DNA of 64,000 nucleotides from Candidatus Yanofskybacteria bacterium RIFCSPLOWO2_02_FULL_44_18 (GTDB lineage: Bacteria; Patescibacteriota; Minisyncoccia; 2-02-FULL-40-12; GWA2-44-9). The notes beneath the pieces were generated by a model. That model made no database searches, had not been told where the DNA came from, and saw only the letters and a list, made by a program, of their open reading frames with translations. The stretch covers positions 115,045 through 179,044 of the forward strand of contig MGKT01000006.1 in the NCBI GenBank assembly GCA_001794755.1, in the 5' to 3' direction. The stretch's first letter is position 1, and each line of letters begins with the position of its first letter. Made by a program: the position numbers and the translations under genes. Positions 45,420 through 54,126 of this stretch are shown in pieces.

Positions 45420-46033
45420 GAATTATGTTGCTGTATTTTAAATACATGCGTTTCTTTTGGTGCTGATTCTTCTGATAGCTCTAGTAATTCAGAGTTCCCA
45501 AAATGGAACATGCTGAGTACTTCTTTCCAGTCCAAATTATAGTAGGCAGTATAAATCATTTTCCCGAAATCGCCATGTGTCACAAGTAGAATGTTCCCGG
45601 CTTTGTGTTTTGTCTTGAGTATGTCTAATAACTTATTCGCCCTTTCAATAAGTTGCGGGAATGTTTCAGCGCCATCAGGATTTAAAAAGTAGCAAATGGT
45701 ATCGGTTTGAAAAATATCAGGAGAGCAGACATCTTTTATAGTGTTCTGCAGTTTTCCGGTCATGATGCCGAAATCTCGCTCAATTAAATCAGCGAGTGGT
45801 TCTGGTTTTTTGATGTCTAGCGTATCCGTAATTATTTCGGCTGTTTTATATGCCCGCTGAAGTGGCGAAGTATAGACGTGGTCAAAATGGATACCCGTAT
45901 CTTTAATCTTGTTGGCCACTTCGTTGGCCTGTTCAATCCCCTTTTCAGATAGTGGCTCATCCCTTAAACCATTCAAAATACCATTTGCATTGTCTTTGTC
46001 TTGTCCATGTCGAGCTAAATAAATTTTGAGCAT
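45416..46033 (-). CDS. Histidine phosphatase family protein
   Basis: RHG, SPLQRA..TA, ERDFG, LVTHG. Confidence 0.92.
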   Translation of the reverse strand: MLKIYLARHGQDKDNANGILNGLRDEPLSEKGIEQANEVANKIKDTGIHFDHVYTSPLQRAYKTAEIITDTLDIKKPEPLADLIERDFGIMTGKLQNTIKDVCSPDIFQTDTICYFLNPDGAETFPQLIERANKLLDILKTKHKAGNILLVTHGDFGKMIYTAYYNLDWKEVLSMFHFGNSELLELSEESAPKETHVFKIQQHNS

Positions 46034-46035
46034 AT

Positions 46036-46425
46036 TTATAGAAAATCTATTTGTTCCTTAGGGATATCCTTGGAAATAGCATAATCAGTTATTTCTTGAT
46101 AAGTCTTTTTGTCGTCTCGCTTAAAAACATAAATTCTGCCGCCTTCACCGTCGTCGGCACCAAAGGCACAGATGACCGTATCCCTATCATTAGCGAGCCA
46201 GCCATCCATATACCAAGGAGATGGACCCTCGTAATGTTTTATCATAGCTTTCTGGATTTCTTTGATTTGACTAAATGGAACTTGAACTTCAAGTAATTGA
46301 TTCCAATTAGGATCATCGGCAAATATTTGCAAAACTTTTTGAGGGAAATTTGCAATACAAGACTTATCAATTAATGCGCCCTCGACAACCCTTATCACAC
46401 ATTGTTCGTTTGGTTGTAATTCCAT
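46036..46425 (-). CDS. Hypothetical protein
   Basis: PWYMDG...IPKEQIDF; operonic with the phosphatase. Start at 46425 or 46434. Confidence 0.7.
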   Translation of the reverse strand: MELQPNEQCVIRVVEGALIDKSCIANFPQKVLQIFADDPNWNQLLEVQVPFSQIKEIQKAMIKHYEGPSPWYMDGWLANDRDTVICAFGADDGEGGRIYVFKRDDKKTYQEITDYAISKDIPKEQIDFL

Positions 46426-46474
46426 TACGGCCATAATAGCTTAAAAACTGGGAGATTTAAAGATATGGCGACTC

Positions 46475-46510
46475 GATTATAAAACCACCGAATTCGGTGG
46501 TTTTATAATC
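46475..46510. terminator. 36-bp perfect palindrome / terminator
   Basis: GATTATAAAACCACCGAA|TTCGGTGGTTTTATAATC. Confidence 0.7.
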
Positions 46511-46543
46511 TTGATTTTAACCCTACTCGGACGATTATATTTA

Positions 46544-47044
46544 CTATAATTCTCTAGTCCACACCTGGGAAAGTCTACCGCTTAATTCCGTAATAGTCCC
46601 AGCCCTTTCAAAACCAAGTTTATCATAAAATGGCCAGCTTTCTTTCCACCGATTAGCGCTTAATACCATCATCTCTGAGTAACCTTTCTGTCTACAAATC
46701 TCTATGATTTTATTCACCAGACTTTTGCCAACTCCCAGATTCTTTTCCAATACAAATAAAGAGTAGAGTTCTACTGAATTATCCGTCTTAGCAAGTGGCA
46801 ACAATCTGACATGTGGTTTTCTAGTTCCAATTACACCGATAACTTTTGTATTATTTTCAGCCACCAAATAGTAATAATCCGAACCCAAGCTTTCTTTTGT
46901 CTGGTCGACATAATCTTCGACTTTTTTGGTAAAATAATCTACATCTTCGTCCTTCGGACGACCAGACTCTTCATCAATATATGATTTAGAATAAATATTT
47001 CGTATTTCTGTTATATCTTCTTTTTTGACGTTTCTAATTTCCAT
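46544..47044 (-). CDS. GNAT acetyltransferase
   Basis: VIGVIG, LFV....GVGKSL, FYDKLGF. Confidence 0.85.
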   Translation of the reverse strand: MEIRNVKKEDITEIRNIYSKSYIDEESGRPKDEDVDYFTKKVEDYVDQTKESLGSDYYYLVAENNTKVIGVIGTRKPHVRLLPLAKTDNSVELYSLFVLEKNLGVGKSLVNKIIEICRQKGYSEMMVLSANRWKESWPFYDKLGFERAGTITELSGRLSQVWTREL

Positions 47045-47092
47045 ATTATAAAACTTTGACGCTCCTCGGAAGCCTAACCTGTCTCAACGTAG

Positions 47093-47163
47093 CTGCCGGC
47101 CAGGGACTCGAACCCCAATACCATCCTCCAGAGGGATGTGTCCTACCATTAGACGAGCCGGCA
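47093..47163 (-). tRNA. tRNA-Gln(CTG)
   Basis: TGCCGGC/GCCGGCA; CATCC-CTCTGGA-GGATG; TTCGAGT. Confidence 0.95.
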
Positions 47164-47253
47164 ATTATTAGATTCTACAATAAAAACTATGTTAAATCAA
47201 TTGAAATCTGGCAAGAAATATGAATACTTATGCCAGTACATTGGAGAAAAAAC

Positions 47254-47709
47254 ATGGCAGTTCAGCCGAAATCAAAATACCGTTATCACTATGATGAGAT
47301 GAAGGAACCTTTTGATCTAGCCGTCAGAGACGCCGGAATCCATATTTGGCATGGGAGTCTCCATAAAGAAATTCTTTTTGATGCTGCTACGGCAGACAAA
47401 AAAATCTATTGGTTTGAGATTCCGACATACATGCTTACATCAAAAATCGCAGCTTCGATAAAAAAATCCGGTTTTATCTTTTCCGATGTTAAAAATTTTC
47501 TCCGCGAATTAAAAAAATTAGACGCCGCCGGCGAGATTATTTTCGGACGCCCTTATGTCTGCATGTTCACTGCCGAAGATGGCGGACAAGCTGGCACCGG
47601 CCTTGGCGCTATTGTCGCGCTTTACAATCATATTCAGCCAAGCTTGTCAGCCCTTCCATGCGGGGATGGCTGGGGCCGGTCATGTTTATTTGCAGTTTGC
47701 GCTCCCTGA
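47254..47709 (+). CDS. Hypothetical protein
   Basis: Open 151-aa frame with GGAG upstream of the ATG and a hairpin/T-run after the stop. Confidence 0.6.
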   Translation: MAVQPKSKYRYHYDEMKEPFDLAVRDAGIHIWHGSLHKEILFDAATADKKIYWFEIPTYMLTSKIAASIKKSGFIFSDVKNFLRELKKLDAAGEIIFGRPYVCMFTAEDGGQAGTGLGAIVALYNHIQPSLSALPCGDGWGRSCLFAVCAP

Positions 47710-47761
47710 CCGGGAGCTTTTTCTTCATTGCATATTTTAATACATGTGATATACCGCATGC

Positions 47762-48058
47762 ATGATTAAATATTTTGCGGTTGCAATATTGGTTGCCGCT
47801 TCGGTCTTAATTCCGGCTTCGGCTTTTGCCGGTTACGGCGGATACTCATATCCGGCGTATCAGTATGGCCAATACGGATACCCGTCGTACGGCTATCCGT
47901 CGTATGGTTATCCCTATGGTTTCAGGGATGATTTGGGGCTATTGGTCAATAGCCACGTGCAGATGATAAATCATTATGTGGCCCAATTTCCCCGTTATTA
48001 TCCCAATTATCCCATCCAGCCGTGCTGGTACGGAGGATGTTATTGGGCTCAGTGGTAA
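47762..48058 (+). CDS. Secreted Tyr/Gly/Pro-rich small protein
   Basis: Signal peptide (AFA), YGYPS repeats, C-terminal CWYGGC. Confidence 0.7.
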   Translation: MIKYFAVAILVAASVLIPASAFAGYGGYSYPAYQYGQYGYPSYGYPSYGYPYGFRDDLGLLVNSHVQMINHYVAQFPRYYPNYPIQPCWYGGCYWAQW

Positions 48059-48099
48059 TCAAAAAGCGCCCTTCGACAAACTCGGGGCGCTTTTTGATT
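48057..48099. terminator. Bidirectional terminator carrying a REP-like core (copy 2)
   Basis: AATCAAAAAGCGCCC-TTCGACAAACTCG-GGGCGCTTTTTGATT. Confidence 0.78.
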
Positions 48100-48106
48100 T
48101 AACGGG

Positions 48107-49015
48107 CTATATTTTTAAAAATTTTCGGATAGCTATAAGGCTCGAGGCCGTTCCCAGCAGAACTCCGGCCAGCAGAATCAAGAATATATATTGAAAGAAG
48201 TTGGATATGAAATAACTGATTACGCTCACCTCCGGCATAAGGGAGGCAATTCGAGGCGATATTATATACGCCATCGGATAAAACAAGACCGCTGTCACTC
48301 CGGCCGCGATTACGCCGTAGACGGCGCCCTCAACCAGATATGGAGCTTTAATCTGCCAATTTGACCCGCCCACCAGCCTCATTATTTCTATCTCCTGCTT
48401 TTGATTATATATAGTCAAGCGTATGGTATTGAATGTCACCAGAACGGCTATCACCGCTAGAACCAATGTGGCCAGAAGCCCCCAATTCTTTAAACCGCCG
48501 GCAATTCCCTCAACCCTCTGTATCACAGCCTCATTTTCATAATAGTTTATCTTGTCGATTAATGTCCGGTATTTGTTGCCTTCCAACGCATTGGCTATTT
48601 CCGCGTACTTGGATGTATCTTTGGCTTTAATATTCAGAGAAGCCTGGAGGGGGTTTTCGGCCAATTCGGCCAGAGAATCTTGTATCAATGCGTCGCCGGC
48701 ATGGCGGGCCTTAAAATCGGCAAGGGCTTGCTCCCGGGAAATATATGTCACGCTTTTCACGTTCGGCATCGCTTCGACGTCTTTTTTAACTTCCAATATT
48801 TCATTCTCGTTGGCATCCTGCTTGAAATACGCACTGACATCAACTTTGTCTTGTAGGCTTGACACTATCTCGTCGGATAAGAAATTAACCGTCATTAATC
48901 CTGAAAACAGAATCAAAACCAGGACCATAATTCCTGTGGTGCCGATGCTCGTGTAAGTGTTGCGCCGGAAATTAGTCCAGGCGACATCAAATATTCTCTT
49001 TATTTTTTTCTTCAT
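48107..49015 (-). CDS. ftsX: Cell division permease FtsX
   Basis: NPLQAS, NTIRLTI, EIEIMRLVG, PYLVEG; four TM segments. Confidence 0.95.
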   Translation of the reverse strand: MKKKIKRIFDVAWTNFRRNTYTSIGTTGIMVLVLILFSGLMTVNFLSDEIVSSLQDKVDVSAYFKQDANENEILEVKKDVEAMPNVKSVTYISREQALADFKARHAGDALIQDSLAELAENPLQASLNIKAKDTSKYAEIANALEGNKYRTLIDKINYYENEAVIQRVEGIAGGLKNWGLLATLVLAVIAVLVTFNTIRLTIYNQKQEIEIMRLVGGSNWQIKAPYLVEGAVYGVIAAGVTAVLFYPMAYIISPRIASLMPEVSVISYFISNFFQYIFLILLAGVLLGTASSLIAIRKFLKI

Positions 49016-49707
49016 ATCACGTATTTGCCCTGCTCCATTTGGTCTCTGACTATTTTACCCGTGTCCATAGTTATTACCCGTCGGCCTATGGCGTTTACGA
49101 CTTCGTGATCATGGGTCGCCAATATTATCGTCGTTCCCAGTTCATTTATCTTTGTTAATAATTTTACCACATCGTATGTATTAACCATGTCCAAATTTCC
49201 TGTCGGCTCATCGGCCAGTATTACTTTGGGTCTGTGAATTAAAGCTCGAGCCACGGCTAATCTTTGTTTTTCGCCTCCCGAGAGTTGATGCGGAAAGTTG
49301 TTCATTTTATCGGCCATCCCGACGATGCCCAATACTTTAGGCACATCTTCGGCAATTTCTTCCGGCTCGACGCCGCAAACTTCCATTGCAAAAGCTACGT
49401 TTTCAAACGTGGTCTTGTTGGAAAGCAATTTAAAATCCTGGTAAACCGTTCCGATTTTTCTGCGTAAATACGGAACTTCACTTTGGGGAAGATCATTAAG
49501 ATTCATGCCTTCCACGGTTACAACGCCTTCGGTCGGCTTTAATTCGTGAGTGAGAAGTTTTAATAACGTCGACTTGCCTGCTCCAGAAGGTCCGACCAAA
49601 GACACGAATTCTCCATGCTTAATATGCAAATTGATTTCGTCTAGAGCCTTGAATTCTCCGTTTCCTTTCACATGGTAAACGGCGGAAACATCTTCAAATT
49701 TAATCAT
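49012..49707 (-). CDS. ftsE: Cell division ATP-binding protein FtsE
   Basis: GPSGAGKST, QDFKLL, LSGGE, ADEPTGNLD; adjacent to ftsX. Confidence 0.95.
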   Translation of the reverse strand: MIKFEDVSAVYHVKGNGEFKALDEINLHIKHGEFVSLVGPSGAGKSTLLKLLTHELKPTEGVVTVEGMNLNDLPQSEVPYLRRKIGTVYQDFKLLSNKTTFENVAFAMEVCGVEPEEIAEDVPKVLGIVGMADKMNNFPHQLSGGEKQRLAVARALIHRPKVILADEPTGNLDMVNTYDVVKLLTKINELGTTIILATHDHEVVNAIGRRVITMDTGKIVRDQMEQGKYVI

Positions 49708-50425
49708 TATCTATAAACTTGTCCAAGTCGCCGTCCAGAACTTTATCGGGTTGCGATGATTTAATTCCGGTGCGGTGATCTTTAACCATTTGATACGGAT
49801 GCAGAACATACGACCTTATCTGGTTCCCCCATTCTATGGATCCGGGCTTGGCTTTCAATTCCGATATTTCTTTGACATGCTCTTCCTCCATTTTGTTTAT
49901 GAGCCGAGAATATAAAATCTGCAATGCTTTTTCTTTATTCTGGGCTTGAGATCTTTCTGATTGGACTGCCACGGAGATTCCTGTCGGTATATGAGTGATT
50001 CTGACCGCCGTCTCCAGCTTATTCACGTTTTGGCCGCCGGGGCCCGATGAGCGGAAAGTGTCAATTCTTAATTCTTTGTCTTCAATTTTTACTTCTCGAG
50101 CTGATATCTCCGGCAATATTTCCACCAAGGCAAATGATGTGTGCCTTAAATTTTTTGCCGAGAAAGGGGATATTCTTACCAGCCGGTGGACGCCATTTTC
50201 TTTTTTTAACGCATCATATGCGCCTTTGCCGGAAATTTCAGAGGCGGCGCTTTTTAAACCCTTCTGTTCCCCCAATGATTCATGCAAAACAACCATGTTC
50301 CAGCCTTTCTTCTGAATATACCGCTGATACATTCTAAAGAGCATGCCGGCCCAATCTTGAGCGTCCACTCCTCCAGCCCCAGAGAAGATGTATAAAAGGG
50401 CTTTATTTTTGTCATATTCCGCCAC
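49700..50425 (-). CDS. prfB: Peptide chain release factor 2 lacking N-terminal domain 1 (~241 aa)
   Basis: GAGG.DAQDWA, GVHRLVRISPF, GPGGQNVNK, WGNQIRSYV. GTG start 6 nt after TGgTATAAT. Confidence 0.88.
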   Translation of the reverse strand: MAEYDKNKALLYIFSGAGGVDAQDWAGMLFRMYQRYIQKKGWNMVVLHESLGEQKGLKSAASEISGKGAYDALKKENGVHRLVRISPFSAKNLRHTSFALVEILPEISAREVKIEDKELRIDTFRSSGPGGQNVNKLETAVRITHIPTGISVAVQSERSQAQNKEKALQILYSRLINKMEEEHVKEISELKAKPGSIEWGNQIRSYVLHPYQMVKDHRTGIKSSQPDKVLDGDLDKFIDND

Positions 50426-50514
50426 TCGGGAATTATACCAAAAAAACAAGCTTATTCAAACAACTGTAAATATTTTTCACGCTCGATTCACCACAGAAGG
50501 TTATTCTATGTTCT

Positions 50515-51045
50515 ATGGGAATCAAAACAAATGCAATAACCTTTGCGGCCGTAATCATTTTTTCATCACAAACGGCGTTCGCGTCTACGGCCGGAGAAAA
50601 TACTTATGACATCAGCGGCAACTTAGAACCGATTATGGACCCGGCGATTGCGCCAGATAACATCATGACTTCTAATGTTGAAATGCTGCAAAAAAGGATA
50701 GAAATAGATTTAAGCGAGCAGACATTAAGCTACTATTACGGCCACCATTATAAAGTTGATGAGTTTAAAATATCTTCAGGTCTGCCCAAAACGCCTACTC
50801 CTACGGGTGAATTTGAAATAAAAGATAAAATCCCCGTCAAAGCTTACCGCGGCAGAGATTATTATTTGCCGAACACTCTTTGGAATTTGAAATTCATCGA
50901 CAGCGGATATTATATCCATGGCGCTTACTGGCACAACAATTTCGGTCAGCCCATGAGCCACGGCTGCATTAATGTCCCTTATTCAGAAATGGAAAATCTA
51001 TATGTTTTCGCCGATATCGGCACGAAAGTCATTATCAAAAAATAA
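50515..51045 (+). CDS. L,D-transpeptidase (YkuD)
   Basis: IDLSEQ, TPTG.F, IHGAYWH, SHGCIN. Confidence 0.92.
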   Translation: MGIKTNAITFAAVIIFSSQTAFASTAGENTYDISGNLEPIMDPAIAPDNIMTSNVEMLQKRIEIDLSEQTLSYYYGHHYKVDEFKISSGLPKTPTPTGEFEIKDKIPVKAYRGRDYYLPNTLWNLKFIDSGYYIHGAYWHNNFGQPMSHGCINVPYSEMENLYVFADIGTKVIIKK

Positions 51046-51068
51046 CTTTATGAGATAACCAACATCAC

Positions 51069-51143
51069 TGGAGCCGCCTCCCAGATTTGCACTGGGGGTC
51101 TTCGCTTTACGAAAGCGCTGCTTTACTACTAAGCTAAGGCGGC
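51069..51143 (-). tRNA. tRNA-Thr(CGT) with encoded CCA and atypical D/T loops
   Basis: GCCGCCT/AGGCGGC-T-CCA; CGCT-TTCGTAA-AGCG; T loop TGCAAAT; D loop AGTAGTA. Confidence 0.88.
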
Positions 51144-51194
51144 AATTGTATTAATTTTACCAGAAATTAAGCGAACAAAAAAGGCCGTGTGGCC

Positions 51195-51704
51195 TTATTT
51201 AGCTCCCCAAATTCCTGACCTTAATCTTTGACCAATCTGTTTTCTTCTCTCGACTTCGTCCAGAATGTCTTTGAATATTCTTTCTAGAGGGTCATAAAAA
51301 ATTCCCAATGTCCAATTTCCGGCATGGCGCGAAGTAAAAAAACGATGACTGCCATGAAAATGTTTAAATGCCCATGTCGCAACTTTACGGCCTTTTTTCT
51401 TGACTTCAACTTTGGCTCCAACCTCATGAAAACCGCATATGAGGCAAATTTTTGTGTATGATACGATCTTGCCGGATCTTACTTTTTCCCATTCTACATG
51501 AAATAGGTGGCGGCATATTCTTTTTAATTCGACAATTTTTTGAGCCCGGCTCTTAAATTGAGGATTGTTCTTTTTATCAATTATTTCCTGATGTAAACTT
51601 CTATCTTCTTCCGGGACAAGGGTACAAATTAAGGCTGGGGACATTGCATTTATCATTGCAGCTTCATGGCGCCGTGGAAATGCAATAAGTTTTCCTGTTT
51701 CCAT
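51195..51704 (-). CDS. Hypothetical basic protein with a possible Zn site
   Basis: CRH...CLICG; located between two tRNA genes. Confidence 0.55.
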   Translation of the reverse strand: METGKLIAFPRRHEAAMINAMSPALICTLVPEEDRSLHQEIIDKKNNPQFKSRAQKIVELKRICRHLFHVEWEKVRSGKIVSYTKICLICGFHEVGAKVEVKKKGRKVATWAFKHFHGSHRFFTSRHAGNWTLGIFYDPLERIFKDILDEVERRKQIGQRLRSGIWGAK

Positions 51705-51757
51705 AGTGCTCTCAAGTAACTGATGAAATTTTACATGGCAGAGTGAAAATTTCAAGG

Positions 51758-51828
51758 AGCGGGATACGGGAGTTGAACCCGTGTCTTAACCTTGGGAAGG
51801 TCACGTTAGACCGCTTAACTAATCCCGC
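51758..51828 (-). tRNA. tRNA-Gly(CCC)
   Basis: GCGGGAT/ATCCCGC-T; TGACC-TTCCCAA-GGTTA; TTCAACT. Confidence 0.93.
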
Positions 51829-52181
51829 TTGAAAATATTTTTAATTTTTTGCCAAAATGAATAATCGCCTTCTTCGGACTTGCTGGCGATAGTTTCTTTG
51901 TTTTTATCTTCATAAAAGAAAACGACCTGCTCTCCGATTGATTTATAGTTCAACTTTATCCTCGCTTCCTTATCCAGAAATCCGGGATTATTCAAATTGG
52001 CAATATACAGTTCAAGGGCCCGGTTAGTTTTTTCGATATCGGAGGCTTTTGATTCCAGTCCCGATATTTCAGAAGCCAGCTCTTTTTTCCTGTCGTCGAG
52101 CTTCAGTAAGTTAACGCCGAGCCAAAAAATCATAATAATCAACGCCGCTGTTATTATTTTCAATGGAAGTATGTTTCTCAT
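51819..52181 (-). CDS. Septum formation initiator (FtsB/DivIC-like)
   Basis: TM, coiled coil, FLDKEARIKLNYKSIGEQV. Confidence 0.8.
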   Translation of the reverse strand: MRNILPLKIITAALIIMIFWLGVNLLKLDDRKKELASEISGLESKASDIEKTNRALELYIANLNNPGFLDKEARIKLNYKSIGEQVVFFYEDKNKETIASKSEEGDYSFWQKIKNIFKRD

Positions 52182-52208
52182 ATCAAAAAAATCTGTTAAT
52201 ATCCAATC

Positions 52209-52301
52209 ATGAAGAAAAGCGTGCGCGTAATATGGGTCATTATCTCCATTTTAGTGGCAATATCAATGGTCGCTTTTCTCTCCGTCCCTCTATTATACTA
52301 G
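52209..52301 (+). CDS. 30-aa single-TM small protein (DUF4044-like)
   Basis: MKKSVRVIWVIISILVAISMVAFLSVPLLY; fills the gap between the divIC-like gene and lepA. Confidence 0.65.
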   Translation: MKKSVRVIWVIISILVAISMVAFLSVPLLY

Positions 52302-52305
52302 TATA

Positions 52306-54090
52306 TTAACGTTTCAACATTTTTAGGAACACTTCTTGGGGAATATTGACCCTTCCTCTTTCTTTCATCTTTTCTTTTCCCTTTTTCTGTTTTTCCAAAA
52401 GCTTCATTTTTCTGGTCACGTCGCCTCCGTACAGATATCCGGTTACGTCTTTTCTCCGGGCTCGGATAGTTTCTCTGGCGATAATCTTGCCGCCGATGGC
52501 AGCTTGAATGGGAACCTCAAACCATTGCGGCGGAATTACGTCTTTTAATTTGGCAACAACAGCCCGGCCTTCAAAAAACGCTTTCTCTCTGGGCACAATC
52601 TTCGAAAACGGCTCAACCAAATCTCCGGCCACCAGAATATTAAGCCTTACCAAATCGCTGACTTGTATGCCCATGGGTTCATAACCCATGGAAGCGTAGC
52701 CAGATGAAACGCTTTTTAGCTTGTCATAGAAATCAGTAACAATTTCTGATAATGGGATTTCATATTTCAATACCGCGGTTTCTTTGCCGATATATTCCGT
52801 GTCTCGATATACGTTGCGTATCGTGGACGTTAACTCCATAATATTGCCCAGATATTCCACCGGCGTTATTATCTCCAAACTTACCACCGGTTCGGAAATA
52901 CTCTTAATCTTTGAGAAATCAGGCAGCATTGAGGCTGATCTGATTTTTATTTTTTCTCCGTTAGACATTAAAATCTCATATTCGACGGAAGGCGACGATA
53001 TAATCAGATTCAGATTAAATTCTCTTTTTAGTCTTTCCGATATTATCTCCACATGGAGCATGCCCAAAAATCCCAAGCGGAATCCCCTCCCCAATCCGCC
53101 CGATGATTCAACTTCATACACAAGCGAAGCGTCTGTTAATTTAAGCTTGGCCAGGGCGTCTTTAAGCAAATCATAATCGTCGGCATTTTCGGGAAAAAAG
53201 CTGGCAAACACCATCGGCCGGGGTTCTTTATAGCCGGGCAAGGGTTCAAATTGATTTTGGGAAATATTGGTGACGGTGTCGCCGACACGGATTAAACCCG
53301 GGTCTTTAAATCCGGTGGCGATGTAGCCGATACTGCCCGTTTTAATTCCCTCATCGGCAATCAAAGACGGAGAAAAATATCCGGCTTCAATGACGTCTGT
53401 TCGGGCTTTGGTGGCAAAAGCCAAAATCTTATCGCCTCTTTTGACTTGACCTTCAAATACGCGGACATAGGCTAAAACTCCTTTGTAGGCATCGAATGTG
53501 GAATCGAATATTAATGCTTTAAGGGGGGCATGTTCATCCGCCTGTTTTGGTTCGGGGATTTTTTCGATGACTGCTTCCAGAACTTTCTCGACGTTGGCTC
53601 CCGTTTTGGCTGATATTCCTATTATCTCCTCCGGTTCCACGGCCAAGAGATACGACAACTCTTCTTTAATATGTTCCGTGCGGGCGTTAGATAAATCAAT
53701 CTTGTTTATCACCGGAATAATTTTTAAATTTTGGGCTTGGGCTAAATGAAGATTGGCCAGAGTCTGGGCTTGTATGCCCTTGGACGCATCAACGAGCAAT
53801 ACCGCGCCCTCTACCGCGGCCAGAGAACGAGAAACTTCATATGAAAAATCAACATGGCCGGGAGTGTCAATCAGATTCAATTCATATTTTTTTTCGTCAT
53901 GGATATACGCCATCCGCACCGGCTGAAGCTTGATGGTAATGCCTCTTTCTCTTTCCAAATCCATTTGGTCGAGATACTGTTCGTGCATTTTTCTCTTTTC
54001 GACTGTTCCCGTCAATTCCAAAAAACGGTCGGCCAATGTCGACTTTCCGGCGTCTATGTGGGCGATTATACAGAAGTTTCTGATATTCAT
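52306..54090 (-). CDS. lepA: Elongation factor 4
   Basis: IRNFCIIAHIDAGKSTLADR, ERERGITIK, GFLGMLH, YGGDVTRK. Confidence 0.98.
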   Translation of the reverse strand: MNIRNFCIIAHIDAGKSTLADRFLELTGTVEKRKMHEQYLDQMDLERERGITIKLQPVRMAYIHDEKKYELNLIDTPGHVDFSYEVSRSLAAVEGAVLLVDASKGIQAQTLANLHLAQAQNLKIIPVINKIDLSNARTEHIKEELSYLLAVEPEEIIGISAKTGANVEKVLEAVIEKIPEPKQADEHAPLKALIFDSTFDAYKGVLAYVRVFEGQVKRGDKILAFATKARTDVIEAGYFSPSLIADEGIKTGSIGYIATGFKDPGLIRVGDTVTNISQNQFEPLPGYKEPRPMVFASFFPENADDYDLLKDALAKLKLTDASLVYEVESSGGLGRGFRLGFLGMLHVEIISERLKREFNLNLIISSPSVEYEILMSNGEKIKIRSASMLPDFSKIKSISEPVVSLEIITPVEYLGNIMELTSTIRNVYRDTEYIGKETAVLKYEIPLSEIVTDFYDKLKSVSSGYASMGYEPMGIQVSDLVRLNILVAGDLVEPFSKIVPREKAFFEGRAVVAKLKDVIPPQWFEVPIQAAIGGKIIARETIRARRKDVTGYLYGGDVTRKMKLLEKQKKGKEKMKERGRVNIPQEVFLKMLKR

Positions 54091-54126
54091 TTAATATTTA
54101 GCAAAGCCCCGGGGACGGGGCTTGGG

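Noticed and set aside
50426-50514. Upstream prfB exon joined by a +1 frameshift
   Set aside because: No CTTTGA slippery site with an internal SD, and far too little space for domain 1.
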